A DNA stretch of 64,000 nucleotides from an uncultured Actinomycetes bacterium. Its GTDB lineage: Bacteria; Actinomycetota; Thermoleophilia; RBG-16-64-13. A program made the translations under genes and the position numbers. The first letter of the stretch is position 1; each line of letters begins with the position of its first letter. Location of the stretch: positions 704,001 through 768,000 of the forward strand of contig CAVPLM010000003.1 in NCBI GenBank assembly GCA_963706025.1, given 5' to 3'. Under the pieces are notes generated by a model, which saw only the letters and a list, made by a program, of their open reading frames with translations, was not told where the DNA came from and did no database searches. Of the stretch, positions 45,360 to 55,121 are shown one piece after another.

Positions 45360-45749
45360 GTGCACGAAGAGCGACTCTCACCTGGATTGGGCCGCCTGAT
45401 CGATGCGGCGAAGGCCGTGGCTGCGCGGGTGGATCCCACTCTTCCTCGAACGGAGGTGGTCGCTCTCCTGACGGCCATCGGGGCGGTTTACGCGGCCCCC
45501 GCGGGCGAGGATCAGCAGGGGTGCCCGGTCTCCGCCGCCGAAGCCGCGCTGGCCTTGGCCCGCGCGGCCGGGGACTGTGAGGTCTTGACAGCGGTTGTCA
45601 CTCTGGCGAACGATACGTCTGAAAGTGTCTCTCCCAGCTCCGCCACCTGCCGTTCTCTCGCAGAGCTCGATCTCGAGCTGCCCATGGTCGTCAAACAGCG
45701 GGGCCGCTGGGTGGTGGTTCCGCTGTCCCGGCTGTGGCCTCCGGTGTGA
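45360..45749 (+). CDS. Cytidine deaminase-like protein lacking Zn ligands
   Basis: Size, cdd position after dgkA and fold pattern (AAE, SPSSATCR, LSRLWP); GGAGGG RBS. Confidence 0.72.
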   Translation: MHEERLSPGLGRLIDAAKAVAARVDPTLPRTEVVALLTAIGAVYAAPAGEDQQGCPVSAAEAALALARAAGDCEVLTAVVTLANDTSESVSPSSATCRSLAELDLELPMVVKQRGRWVVVPLSRLWPPV

Positions 45750-45757
45750 GGCCGCAC

Positions 45758-46261
45758 ATGCCTGTAGAGCCCCTCCCAAATGAGTACCTCACCCTCACCC
45801 GGCTTCGCCGGCCGGACCACGATCTGCTCGTCACCCTGGCCGCCTATGATCTCGAGGCCTTCGGCTCGACGGGGCTGCGCGCGTACGATCTGGCGGTCGT
45901 GGCCGAGGCGGGAGCCATCTATCTGGCTTGGATCGGAGACGAGATCGTGGGAGGTTGCCAGCTGTTGAGGGTCCTGGATGAGCCGGGCTACTTCTACGTG
46001 GTCGGGTTCTACATTCGACCAGAATGGCAAGGCCGCGGTCTAGGACGGACACTCCTGGAGGCCGTGACCGAGAGATGCGTCGGCTTGGGGGCCGAGGGGC
46101 TGATACTGACGGTGGCCCCCAGCAATGTCAAAGCGTTGGGATTGTACAGAAGCGCTGCGTTCGTGGACGAGGCCTTCGTCCCCCAATTCTATGGCGAAGG
46201 GGAGGACAGACACATCCTGCGCCTGCGCTTCTCGGAGGAGGGCTTGCAGGGCGGTGTATGA
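45758..46261 (+). CDS. GNAT family N-acetyltransferase
   Basis: IRPEWQGRGLG acetyl-CoA motif, LTVAPSNVKALGLY, FYGEGEDR. Confidence 0.9.
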   Translation: MPVEPLPNEYLTLTRLRRPDHDLLVTLAAYDLEAFGSTGLRAYDLAVVAEAGAIYLAWIGDEIVGGCQLLRVLDEPGYFYVVGFYIRPEWQGRGLGRTLLEAVTERCVGLGAEGLILTVAPSNVKALGLYRSAAFVDEAFVPQFYGEGEDRHILRLRFSEEGLQGGV

Positions 46262-46291
46262 TAGAAAGCCCACCGTGAGTGCGAGGATGCC

Positions 46292-46987
46292 GTGAGAGTC
46301 GAAGAGCTGGCCAAGACCATCGATAGCGCCCTTCTGGAGGCTACCAGCACGAACACCGCCGTCGAAGCGCTGTGCCGCGACGCCATCTCGTACCATTTCG
46401 CCTCGGTGTGCGTCCTGCCCTACTGCGTTCCGGTAGCTCGGCAGCTTCTGCAGGGCTACGACGTCAAGGTCGGGACCGTTGTCTCCTTCCCCTATGGAGC
46501 CGATTCGCAACGCACCAAGATCACCGGCGCCGAGCAGGCGGTGGCCCTGGGCGCCGACGAGTTGGATGTGGTCATCAACATCCCCGCCATGCTGTCCGGC
46601 GACTTCCGTTATGTGCGGGACGAACTACGGAGTGTGGTGCGCTCGGTGCGCATGAGCAGCGTCAACACGGGCCGGGGACTGGTCTTGGTCAAGGCCAACG
46701 TGGAAGCCTACTATCTCGACGAGAAGCTGAAGCGCCTGGTCTGCAAGATCGTGGAAGACTCGGGGGCGGACTTCATCAAGACCTCCACCGGCAAGGCTCC
46801 GGGCGGCGCCACCGCCAAGGATGTGGAGTTGTTCCGAGACCTCCTGCCCGAGAGCGTGGGCGTGGATGCCTGCGGAGGCATCCGTACGGCCGAAAGCGCG
46901 GAGATAATGATCAACGCCGGCGCCGCGCGTGTCGGCACCTCGCACGCGGTCGACATCATCAAGGAGTTCTCCTCCGACAAGGACTGA
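46292..46987 (+). CDS. deoC: Deoxyribose-phosphate aldolase-like protein with atypical active site
   Basis: FASVCV, TVVSFPYG, GADELDVVIN, ADFIKTSTG, GGIRT, RVGTS. Confidence 0.88.
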   Translation: MRVEELAKTIDSALLEATSTNTAVEALCRDAISYHFASVCVLPYCVPVARQLLQGYDVKVGTVVSFPYGADSQRTKITGAEQAVALGADELDVVINIPAMLSGDFRYVRDELRSVVRSVRMSSVNTGRGLVLVKANVEAYYLDEKLKRLVCKIVEDSGADFIKTSTGKAPGGATAKDVELFRDLLPESVGVDACGGIRTAESAEIMINAGAARVGTSHAVDIIKEFSSDKD

Positions 46988-47042
46988 CCGGCCGGGGGGC
47001 TCGGCGGCCGGAGCGAGGCCGAGCGACCGGAGGGAGGCTTCC

Positions 47043-47758
47043 CTGGGCTCCCGTTTCTTCACCACCGAGGCTCTCGTCATAGGCTCGATGCGTTACCGCG
47101 AGGCCGATCGTATCGTCACGCTCTACACTCGGGATCGAGGCCGGCTGGGCGCCATCGCCAAGGGGGTGCGGCGCACCAAGTCGAAGGTGGGGGGCCGGCT
47201 CGAGCCCTTCAGCCTCGTGCGGGCCAGCCTCTACCCAGGACGCGGCCTGTATACCATCGTGGGGGTCGACACCCTGCGCACCTTCCAGGGAGTCCGCGAC
47301 GAGTTGTTCCGCATGGAGGAAGGGGGGCGCCTGGTGAGCGCCGTCCGCCACCTGTTCCCCGGCGAAGAAGCGAGCGCCCCCGTGTTCAACCTGCTGGTGA
47401 GGGGCATGGCCCGCCTGGCGGAAGCTCCCGATGCCGCGGCAGCCGCGGGCGTGGTGCTGGCCGCGCGGCTCAAGCTCCTCGCCTTGCTGGGGTACGCGCC
47501 GGAGATGTCCCGCTGCGCGGCCTGCGGTGCCGAGGGCCCCTCTACGGGTTCTCGCCGAGCCTGGGCGGCGCGGTGTGCACGGGATGCGCGGAGACGGGCA
47601 CGGTCGCTTGCTTCGCTCTCAGTGGAGGGGCACAGGCCACGCTGTGCGCATTGCTGCAGAGCCCACTGGCGGAGGTGGAGCACCTGGATCTTGACGACCG
47701 GGCCACGGCCGAGGTCGAGCAGGTCTTGGCCCAGACCCTCGCGTACCACGGGCACTGA
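47043..47758 (+). CDS. recO: DNA repair protein RecO (probable CTG start; frameshift in C-run near 47540)
   Basis: EADRIVTLYT, AKGVRRTKSK, LEPF, LGYAP..CAAC; continues GFSPSLGGAVCTGC in the next frame. Confidence 0.92.
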
Positions 47759-48178
47759 ACCAACTCGCTGCGCGCCGGGCGCATCGTCGACGCCATGTTG
47801 GCGGGCACCGTCCCCTTCGTCTTGTCGGAGGCCCTCCTGGCCGAATACCGGGAGGTGCTCCTCCGACCTGCGATCATGGAGCGCCACGGTTTGACGGAGG
47901 CCCAGGTCGACACCGTTCTCGAGGAACTCGTCCTCAACGCCGGCTTCAGGGAGCCGGTGTCAATAGAGCGGCTCACCGCCCAGGTGGGCCCCACCGGCGC
48001 GTCGGCGGTTGCTGGGAAGGCGCAGCATGCACCTCCCGGCGACGAGCACCTGATCGCGCTGCTCGAGTCCGTGCCGGGCGCAGTTCTCGTCACCGGAGAT
48101 CGTGGTCTTGCTCAAGCCATGGCTTCGGGGTGCGCGGTGGCGACACCGGCCGAGTTCGCGGCCACCCTGGTAGCCTGA
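47759..48178 (+). pseudogene. PIN-domain toxin remnant (5' truncated)
   Basis: RIVDAMLAG..FVLSEALLAEYREVLLRP, PGDEHL, LVTGDRGL; no N-terminal DTNV strand or RBS. Confidence 0.7.
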
Positions 48179-48397
48179 GGCGTCGGATAGGGCCTCCGTG
48201 ACGGGGTGCGAAGGCCGGGAAGGGCAAGGAATCCGCGCCGTTGCGCCGCGTGCGCCAGAGTGCGACGGCCAGCAAGGAAGTGACATTCGGGACCGACAAC
48301 AAACCTACTGAAAGTCATGCAAATGACCCATGCTGTAGAAGTGCGAAGCGGGCGGCATCAGGGGGCTGGAGGCAGGCGCAAGCAGCCAAGGAGGAAA

Positions 48398-48918
48398 CTA
48401 CTGCGTACGCGGCGGGACCGGCTTCGCTCGTGAAAACTCGCGCACGAGCAGGAGGATCAGGATAGCGCCGAGCACCAGCAGCAAAGCAGTGGTGACAAAA
48501 GCCTCGCCGGCGCCAACGCGGTCGTAGATCCAGCCCCCCAGGAGCGGACCGATCACCCCGCCCAATGCAGCTGCGGCGATGTAGTATCCCAGCGCTGAAC
48601 CCTGGTGGGCGCTGTCTGCAACGTCGATCACCAGTGCCTCCTCGGCGGGCGTCGCGGCGGCGAAGGCAGCAGCCTCGAGCACCCACAGAACGGCCAGCGG
48701 CCAGAGCGACCGCACGAATGGGACCGCGGCGGCGGCCAGACCGGCCACCACCAGCGCGGCCACAATCGGCGGGCGCCGTCCGATGCGGTCGCTGATGTGA
48801 CCCAGTCGCGAGGGGAGTACCGACCCGGCGATGGCTGCGGGCAGGAAGGCGAGGGCGAGGGCCAGGATGCTGGTAGAGACGTTGTCGAACAAGTACGGCA
48901 TCAGGACCGGGCCCAGGC
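48398..48918 (-). pseudogene. C-terminal half of an MFS transporter
   Basis: GHISDRIGRR motif A repeat, GPLLGGWIYD; MFS-like frame ends upstream near 48918. Confidence 0.8.
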
Positions 48919-49038
48919 GGCATACTCCTCGAGAGCGGATTGCAGGTCCTCGACGTGTTTGAAGCGGACGTCGTCTTTGTGGTTGGACGGAACTGGTCGG
49001 AACTGGATACTTGGAATCTCCTGTGCCGGTGTGACCAC
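48901..49038 (-). CDS. 45-aa small ORF or truncated gene start
   Basis: AAGGAGG RBS, GTG start, MVTPAQEIPSIQFRPVPSNHKDDVRFKHVEDLQSALEEYAAWARS; TGA overlaps the MFS ATG. Confidence 0.5.
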   Translation of the reverse strand: MVTPAQEIPSIQFRPVPSNHKDDVRFKHVEDLQSALEEYAAWARS

Positions 49039-49451
49039 AGAACCTCCTTGCTCAAATCAGACGACAACTGACCGCTGCCAGCCTAGCAGACACGGCGACC
49101 GTTCAGATTGCGCAAGGCGGGACCCACAGGCGTGGGCCGGGCGCTTGTGGTGGCCTCGGGTGGCTAGCTGAATGTTAGCCGTTCTCTCAGGGACGGCGCG
49201 GCTTCCTCTCGTAATGTTCGGGATAGAGAGGCTCCTGTGAGGCAACAACGCGTCGCAGTCGTCGGCCCGCATGTCTTCCCCCCGTCCCAGCCTGGCGCTG
49301 AAATAGCCAGAAGAAGCCGGTTGCATCGGGTAAACGTTCGACCGAACTCACGGCGCGAATGCCCCTCAAATGTACTATTATTCTGGTGAGTAGTGACGGG
49401 TGCGAGAGACCCGGAGGACAGCGGCCGCGAAAGCAATTGAGGGGGGTATCG

Positions 49452-49556
49452 ATGCCGAGAGTAGCAGGCAGACGACGGTCGGTCTGGCCCTGGGTGGCGA
49501 CCGTCATTATCGTCATTGTGATAATCGTTGTCGTGGTGATCCTAGAAGTCAGATAG
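49452..49556 (+). CDS. 34-aa single-pass membrane peptide
   Basis: GAGGGGGG RBS; MPRVAGRRRSVWPWVATVIIVIVIIVVVVILEVR. Confidence 0.6.
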   Translation: MPRVAGRRRSVWPWVATVIIVIVIIVVVVILEVR

Positions 49557-49605
49557 CCAGATCGACTGCCGAACCCCGCGACTAAGGGGGAGAAGGTGAG
49601 CGACC

Positions 49606-50136
49606 ATGATTAGGGGCAGAGACATTTTGAGACTGCCGGTCATCACACGGGACATGGGAAAGAGAGTCGGCGAGGTCGAAGACCTGATCGTTGACCGGCA
49701 AGGTAGTCGTGTGCTCGGTATCGTTGTGGGTGAAAAAGGTCTCCTGGGCAGCACTCGAGTGGTGGCGTGGTCTGGGATCCTCGTCGCGGGAATTGACGCG
49801 GTGGTCATTGACTCCGAGTCGAGCGTAGTGAAGGCTCCGGAGGTCCCGGAAATAGAGGAGGTCCTCAAGCGAGGCTTCGTGCTTGAGGGAACTGGCGTCC
49901 AGACGACCGCGGGGCGGGAACTGGGCAGAGTCGAGAACGTCTTCTTCGACAGAGCCACTGGCTTAGTCCAAGGGTACGAGCTTGTTGGTGGGCTGAACGA
50001 GCAGCAACCATCCGGCCGGACTTTCATGCCTCCACATCCAAGCTTCGAGGCAGGCAAGGACTACAACTTCGTCGACCCCTCAGTAGCGGACATTCTCGAG
50101 GATCTCTCGGCAGCCCTAAAAGCTCGAGCCGATTAG
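49606..50136 (+). CDS. Tandem PRC-barrel domain protein
   Basis: LPVI..GKRVGEVEDLIVD and VQTTAGRELGRVENVFFD..TG.V.GYEL. Confidence 0.88.
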   Translation: MIRGRDILRLPVITRDMGKRVGEVEDLIVDRQGSRVLGIVVGEKGLLGSTRVVAWSGILVAGIDAVVIDSESSVVKAPEVPEIEEVLKRGFVLEGTGVQTTAGRELGRVENVFFDRATGLVQGYELVGGLNEQQPSGRTFMPPHPSFEAGKDYNFVDPSVADILEDLSAALKARAD

Positions 50137-50163
50137 TGCGACCGAATGTAGTCCGTAGTAGGC

Positions 50164-51374
50164 TTGCATACCGAGTCGGCCCCATTTCCTTTCCTACCCG
50201 GTTCGGCGCCGAGCCTGGGTCAGTTAGGCTGGTTCGCCCTACTCTTGGTCATCGCGGCGGCTCTCGGTGAGGTCGCCCACCTACTGAGACTTCCCCGGCT
50301 CCTTGGTTACGTGGTCGCCGGGATCGCCCTTGGACCTCGCGGTAGCGGGCTGATGCACTGGACCACCATCTCGGACCTGAGAATACTGGTCGACGTGGCG
50401 CTCGGCCTGTTTCTATTCGAACTCGGGCATTGGCTCGACCTCTCCTGGCTGAGACGCAACCCGTGGCTGCTCGTCACCAGCCTCCTTGAAGCCGTCCTCA
50501 CCTTCTTCGCCGTATTCGGGGCGCTCCGCCTGGCCGGTGTTGCCAGCATGTACGCGGTAGGAGCTGCGGCTATAGCTATCTCGACGTCGCAAGCCGTCAT
50601 AGTTCAGATCACCCGCGAACTGCGGGCGCAGGGACAAGTGACCGAGCGACTCAGGATGTTCACCGCCCTAAACAGCGCGTATGCCGTGATCGCGATCACG
50701 CTCTGGCTGTCCTGGCTTCACCTGGAATATGCGGGCTCGCCCCTGACTGCTGCTCTCCATCCGCTCTACCTGATCGTCGGCTCGATCTTGCTGGCAGTGG
50801 TAGCCGCTGCTTTCGCGCGCGTCGTTCCAAAATGGCTGCGCGGCCAGCCGAACACGACGCTGCTCTTGGTCCTTGGATTGGTCCTGCTGCTGATCGCCGC
50901 AGCGCGAGCTCTTGAGTTGTCAGCTCTTCTGGCCCTGCTATCGTTCGGCGTGCTTGTGAGGCGCTGGGTGAGCTGGCTCAGGGTCCTCCCGACCCATTTC
51001 GCCACGATTTCTTCCATCACGGCTGTGGTGCTTTTCGCGCTGATTGGTGCCACCTTGGACCTGGCCTCTCTCGGAAAGGTGGGGCTTGCCGCAGTCGCCC
51101 TCGTGCTTGCCCGGCTTGTTGCCAAGTGGGTAGCAACGACGGTGACTGCTCTGCCATCAGGTATTCCCTGGAGGAAAGGGTCCCTGTTGGGACTCGGTCT
51201 CGCGCCCCTCTCCGGTCTCGCCGTAGTCCTCGTGCAGGATGTCAGTGGCATTTATCCCACTTTCCCGTCCGACCTCGTGATCGTCGTCGTGGCCGCGGTT
51301 TCCTTGCTCGAACTGATCGGCCCGGTCTTGACCAGCGTCGCTCTTGCCGGGCTGGGGAAAGTCGCCCGGAGTGA
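50164..51374 (+). CDS. Cation:proton antiporter (Na_H_Exchanger family), frameshift near 51345
   Basis: LPRLLGYVVAGIALGP, LFLFELG, many TM helices, ELIGP; natural end RRAGESRPE* is in an adjacent frame (TGA 51372-74). Confidence 0.85.
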
Positions 51375-51382
51375 GCTAGGCC

Positions 51383-52519
51383 ATGCCTCTGGAAGCCTTC
51401 CAGTCCTCCGCGAGTCTGACCCTTGGTATCGAGCTCGAACTGCAGCTCCTGTCAGCCCAGGACTTCGACCTCACCCGCGCCTCGCCGGATCTGATTCACT
51501 ATCTGTCCGACGTCCCCACGCCGGCGACGTGAAGCCGGAGATCACCGAGAGCATGCTCGAGGTCAGCACCGGAGTGCACTCACGACTTCTGGTCGCTGGT
51601 CTTCGAGTTGCGGCAGATCCGGGACGATGTTGGCCAAGGCGGCCGGTGCACTCAACGTTGTCGTCTCCGGCGGCGGCTCCCACCCCTTCCAGCACTGGCC
51701 CGACCGGAGCATCTACGAGTCACCCCGGTTCCACGTCGTCTCGGAGCTGTATGGGTACCTCGCCAAGCAGTTCACCGTGTTTGGCCAGCACGTTCACCTC
51801 GGCTGCACGGACGGCGACCAGGCCTCTACCTGCTTCATTCACTGTCCCGCTACGTGCCGCACTTCATCGCGCTAGCCGCAAGCTCGCCGTTTAGCCAGGG
51901 AACGGAGACGCTGTTCGACTGCTCTCGACTCAGCTCGGTGCTGGTGTTCCCTCTCTCTGGAAGAGCTCCGTGCCTACTCAAGTGGAGCGACTTCTGCGCG
52001 TATTTCGAGCAGATGGAGGCCTTGCAGATAGTCAAGAGCATGAAGGACTTCTACTGGGATATCCGGCCCAAGCCGGGATTCGGAACGATAGAAGTCCGAG
52101 TCTGCGATACACCTCTTACTGTCGAGCGGGCCGGGGTACTTGCCGCATACATGCAGGCCCTCTCCAGCTACATACTGGAAGTGCGTCCGGGAACCCCGCG
52201 CGAGGACGACTACCTTGTCTATAGCTACAACCGGTTCACGGCTTGTCGCTTCGGCCTGGGAGCGGTCTATATCGATCCAGCCACCGGTTCTCATCTGCCG
52301 CTACGCGACCACATCGTCTACACGCTGGGCAAGCTCGCGCCATATACGGCGGCACTGGGGTCGAGGCCGATGGTGGACTATCTGCTCGAGTTGCTCAATG
52401 GAACCGGGAACGACGCTTCCTGGGTCCGGACCAGGTACCGAGCGGTCAAGTCCTTCCAGACGCTCATGATGGAGCAGGCGAGGCGCTGGGCGCAGAACGA
52501 TCCGATTCTGGGACTGTAA
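51383..52519 (+). CDS. ybdK: YbdK family carboxylate-amine (glutamate--cysteine) ligase, about four frameshifts in 51500-51830
   Basis: [64 protein letters not shown]. Confidence 0.85.
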
Positions 52520-52571
52520 GATGAAAAGGGTCCGAGACTGCTAACGATCTCCACGAGAGGATTGCCTGCCG

Positions 52572-53372
52572 ATGGCAGAGAGGAATCTCCCCTACGCCCT
52601 CGAGAGTATGGCCGAAATCAGAGAAGTAATCGGGGGACGCAAGCTGGCATTCTTCTTGGATCTCGACGGTACCCTCGCCCCCATTGCTTCTCGCCCCGAA
52701 CTGGTCGAGGTTCCGGCTAAGACCAGAGCTGTGCTTGTCTCGTTGGCCGAGCTCCATCTGGTATGCGTAGCCTCTGGTCGCGGGCTGGAAGATGTCCGGC
52801 GCCGCATTGGGTTGGAGTCGATCTACTATGTGGGAGACCACGGCCATCGCATCATGGGGCCCGAAGGATCGGGGATCTATCTTGAGGTTGGGGCAGAATA
52901 TCAAGAGGAACTTCAAGCGGCCGCTCGGGAGCTGGAGCGCCGACTGCTCGGAGTTGATGGTGCAATGGTGGAAGCAAAGGGACTCTCGCTCTCGGTCCAC
53001 TACCGCCTGGTGGTCGAAGACAAGCGACCGCTGGTACAGCGGGCGGTGGCGGAGGTGGCCGAGAGATTCCCTACGCTTCGTTTGACCGGGGGCAAGATGG
53101 TGTACGGGATGCGACCCTCGGGAGCTTGGCACAAAGGCCGGGCGATCCTCTGGCTGCTGGAACGGCTGGATTTGGGACGAGCCGATGTGTGCCCCGTCTG
53201 CCTGGGAGATGACCTTACCGACGAGGACATGTTCGCGGCGGCGGCTGGGTGGGGAGTAACCGTGGTGGTCGGCTATGCCGAGCGACCGACCAGGGCGCAC
53301 TATCGAGTGCGCGATTGCGATGAGGCTACGGCCCTACTCGGCGCTTTCGCGGCCGGTAGAGACCATGCTTAG
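52572..53372 (+). CDS. otsB: Trehalose-6-phosphate phosphatase
   Basis: FLDLDGTLAPI, SGR, SVHYR, KGRA, GDDLTDEDMF. Confidence 0.93.
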   Translation: MAERNLPYALESMAEIREVIGGRKLAFFLDLDGTLAPIASRPELVEVPAKTRAVLVSLAELHLVCVASGRGLEDVRRRIGLESIYYVGDHGHRIMGPEGSGIYLEVGAEYQEELQAAARELERRLLGVDGAMVEAKGLSLSVHYRLVVEDKRPLVQRAVAEVAERFPTLRLTGGKMVYGMRPSGAWHKGRAILWLLERLDLGRADVCPVCLGDDLTDEDMFAAAAGWGVTVVVGYAERPTRAHYRVRDCDEATALLGAFAAGRDHA

Positions 53373-53633
53373 CTTCCGCAGCGTCGTCGTGGAAGCCTCT
53401 GCGCAAGGACCTTCCACGATCGGTTTCATATCTGCAGCCGTAGCCGGGCGGCTGTCGCCGTGACGTGACCGCGCTTAGTCTCGGCGCCAGCTGGGGCACA
53501 TGCTGCGTGACATCCGGTCCGTCTGCATCTACCATGACTTGAGGTGGCTCTCGCCCATGGGAAAGAGGCTGCATCGAGGTCGGCTTCTACTATCATTTGG
53601 CGGCCGTCTCTCGGGATCGACCAAGGAGGACCA

Positions 53634-55121
53634 GTGGGTACCGAATCGACCAAGAGACTGATCGTGGTCTCCAACCGCCTGCCCTACGTACTTGAGAGGC
53701 AGAACGGCGGCTACTGGCGGCTTGAGCCCGGCTCGGGCGGTCTGGTAACAGCTCTGCTTCCGGTGCTTCGCGATCGCGGTGGTGTCTGGATCGGATGGCC
53801 GGGTACGACTGAGGTGGTGCCAAATGTCACCGAACTCTTCCACGGCGCCTCCCGAGAGGCTGGATACACTTTGGAACCGATCTCTCTCACAAAGGAGGAA
53901 GTCGACCAGTACTATCACGGGTATTCCAATGAGAGTGTGTGGCCCCTCTTTCATGACCTCCAGTCTCGCTGCGAGTTTGAGCCGGAGTACTGGCATGGCT
54001 ATGTGAAGGTCAACAGGAAATTCGCCGAGGTCCTTGCTTCCCATTGCCAGGCCGATGACTTCGTGTGGATCCACGACTATCAGCTCATGGACGTGGCTCA
54101 CCACGCGCGGGAATTGGCCTGCGGCGTAGACTTGGCCTTCTTCCTGCATATCCCCTTCCCGCCACCAGACATCTTTATGAAACTCCCGGAACGGCAGGCC
54201 ATTCTCACGTCGCTTCTCGCCTACGATCTGGTCGGGTTCCAAACCCAGCGAGACCGGCGCAATTTCATCCAATGCGTGCGAACGCTGATAAGGAGCGCTC
54301 GGGTACAGGCCCAGGGCCATCTGCACGTAATCAAGCTCGGGGATCGGGAGATGCGGGTAGGCAACTTTCCCATCGGCATAGACGCGGCCTCCTTTGCCAC
54401 GAGGGCAGGAGCGCCCGAGGTGGAAGAGAGAGTACAGGCCATTCGTTCGCGTTTTGCCGGGCGTCAGATCGTCCTGGGACTGGACCGCCTGGACTACACC
54501 AAGGGCATCCCCCAAAGGCTGCGCGCCTTTGCCAATCTCTTGGAGCGATACCCGGAGATGCGGACACGGATCCACCTTTTCCAGGTGGTAGTTCCGAGTC
54601 GCGTGGGCATCCCTAAGTATGACGAGCTCAAACTGGAGATCGAACGCATGGTTAGCGAGATCAACGGGCGCTTCTCGGAGATGGGATGGGTACCCGCCCA
54701 CTACTTCTTCCGCAGCCTTGCCCAGACCGAGCTCCTAGCCTTCTACCGGGCCTCAACCATTGCTCTTGTCACCCCTTTGAAGGATGGCATGAACCTGGTC
54801 GCGAAGGAGTACTGCGCCGCGAGCCTCGAGGAGGATTCAGTCCTCATTCTGAGCCAGTTTGCAGGCGCTGCGGCGCAATTGGGTCGGGCGGCCTTAGTGG
54901 TAAACCCCTATGATATGGAGCAGACGGCCGACGCCATCTACAATGCCTTCCAGATGGCTCCAGGCGAGCGGCGCTATCGCATGAAGCAGCTGCGACGTAG
55001 CGTCCGTTCACAGGATGTGTTCTGGTGGGTTGATTCCTTCATGCGCGCCGCCATCGACAAAGAGCTCCGCGACTTCCCGGTCCTGGAGGAGTACATCCCT
55101 GAGCACCATGAAGCCGGCTAG
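53634..55121 (+). CDS. otsA: Trehalose-6-phosphate synthase (GT20)
   Basis: VVSNRLP, GGLVTAL, WPLFH, WIHDYQL, FFLHIPFP, DRLDYTKG, DGMNLVAKEY; AAGGAGG before GTG 53634. Confidence 0.95.
   Translation: MGTESTKRLIVVSNRLPYVLERQNGGYWRLEPGSGGLVTALLPVLRDRGGVWIGWPGTTEVVPNVTELFHGASREAGYTLEPISLTKEEVDQYYHGYSNESVWPLFHDLQSRCEFEPEYWHGYVKVNRKFAEVLASHCQADDFVWIHDYQLMDVAHHARELACGVDLAFFLHIPFPPPDIFMKLPERQAILTSLLAYDLVGFQTQRDRRNFIQCVRTLIRSARVQAQGHLHVIKLGDREMRVGNFPIGIDAASFATRAGAPEVEERVQAIRSRFAGRQIVLGLDRLDYTKGIPQRLRAFANLLERYPEMRTRIHLFQVVVPSRVGIPKYDELKLEIERMVSEINGRFSEMGWVPAHYFFRSLAQTELLAFYRASTIALVTPLKDGMNLVAKEYCAASLEEDSVLILSQFAGAAAQLGRAALVVNPYDMEQTADAIYNAFQMAPGERRYRMKQLRRSVRSQDVFWWVDSFMRAAIDKELRDFPVLEEYIPEHHEAG

Noticed and set aside
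48179-48433. T-box leader or orphan gene after recO (AAGGAGG at about 48388 followed by CTG)
   Set aside because: No T-box consensus (GGTGGxACCGCG); the CTG frame is only 10 codons and antisense to the MFS remnant
50164-51894. 576-aa antiporter with novel C-terminal domain
   Set aside because: Artefact of frameshifts; the extension is out-of-frame and partly in-frame ybdK sequence
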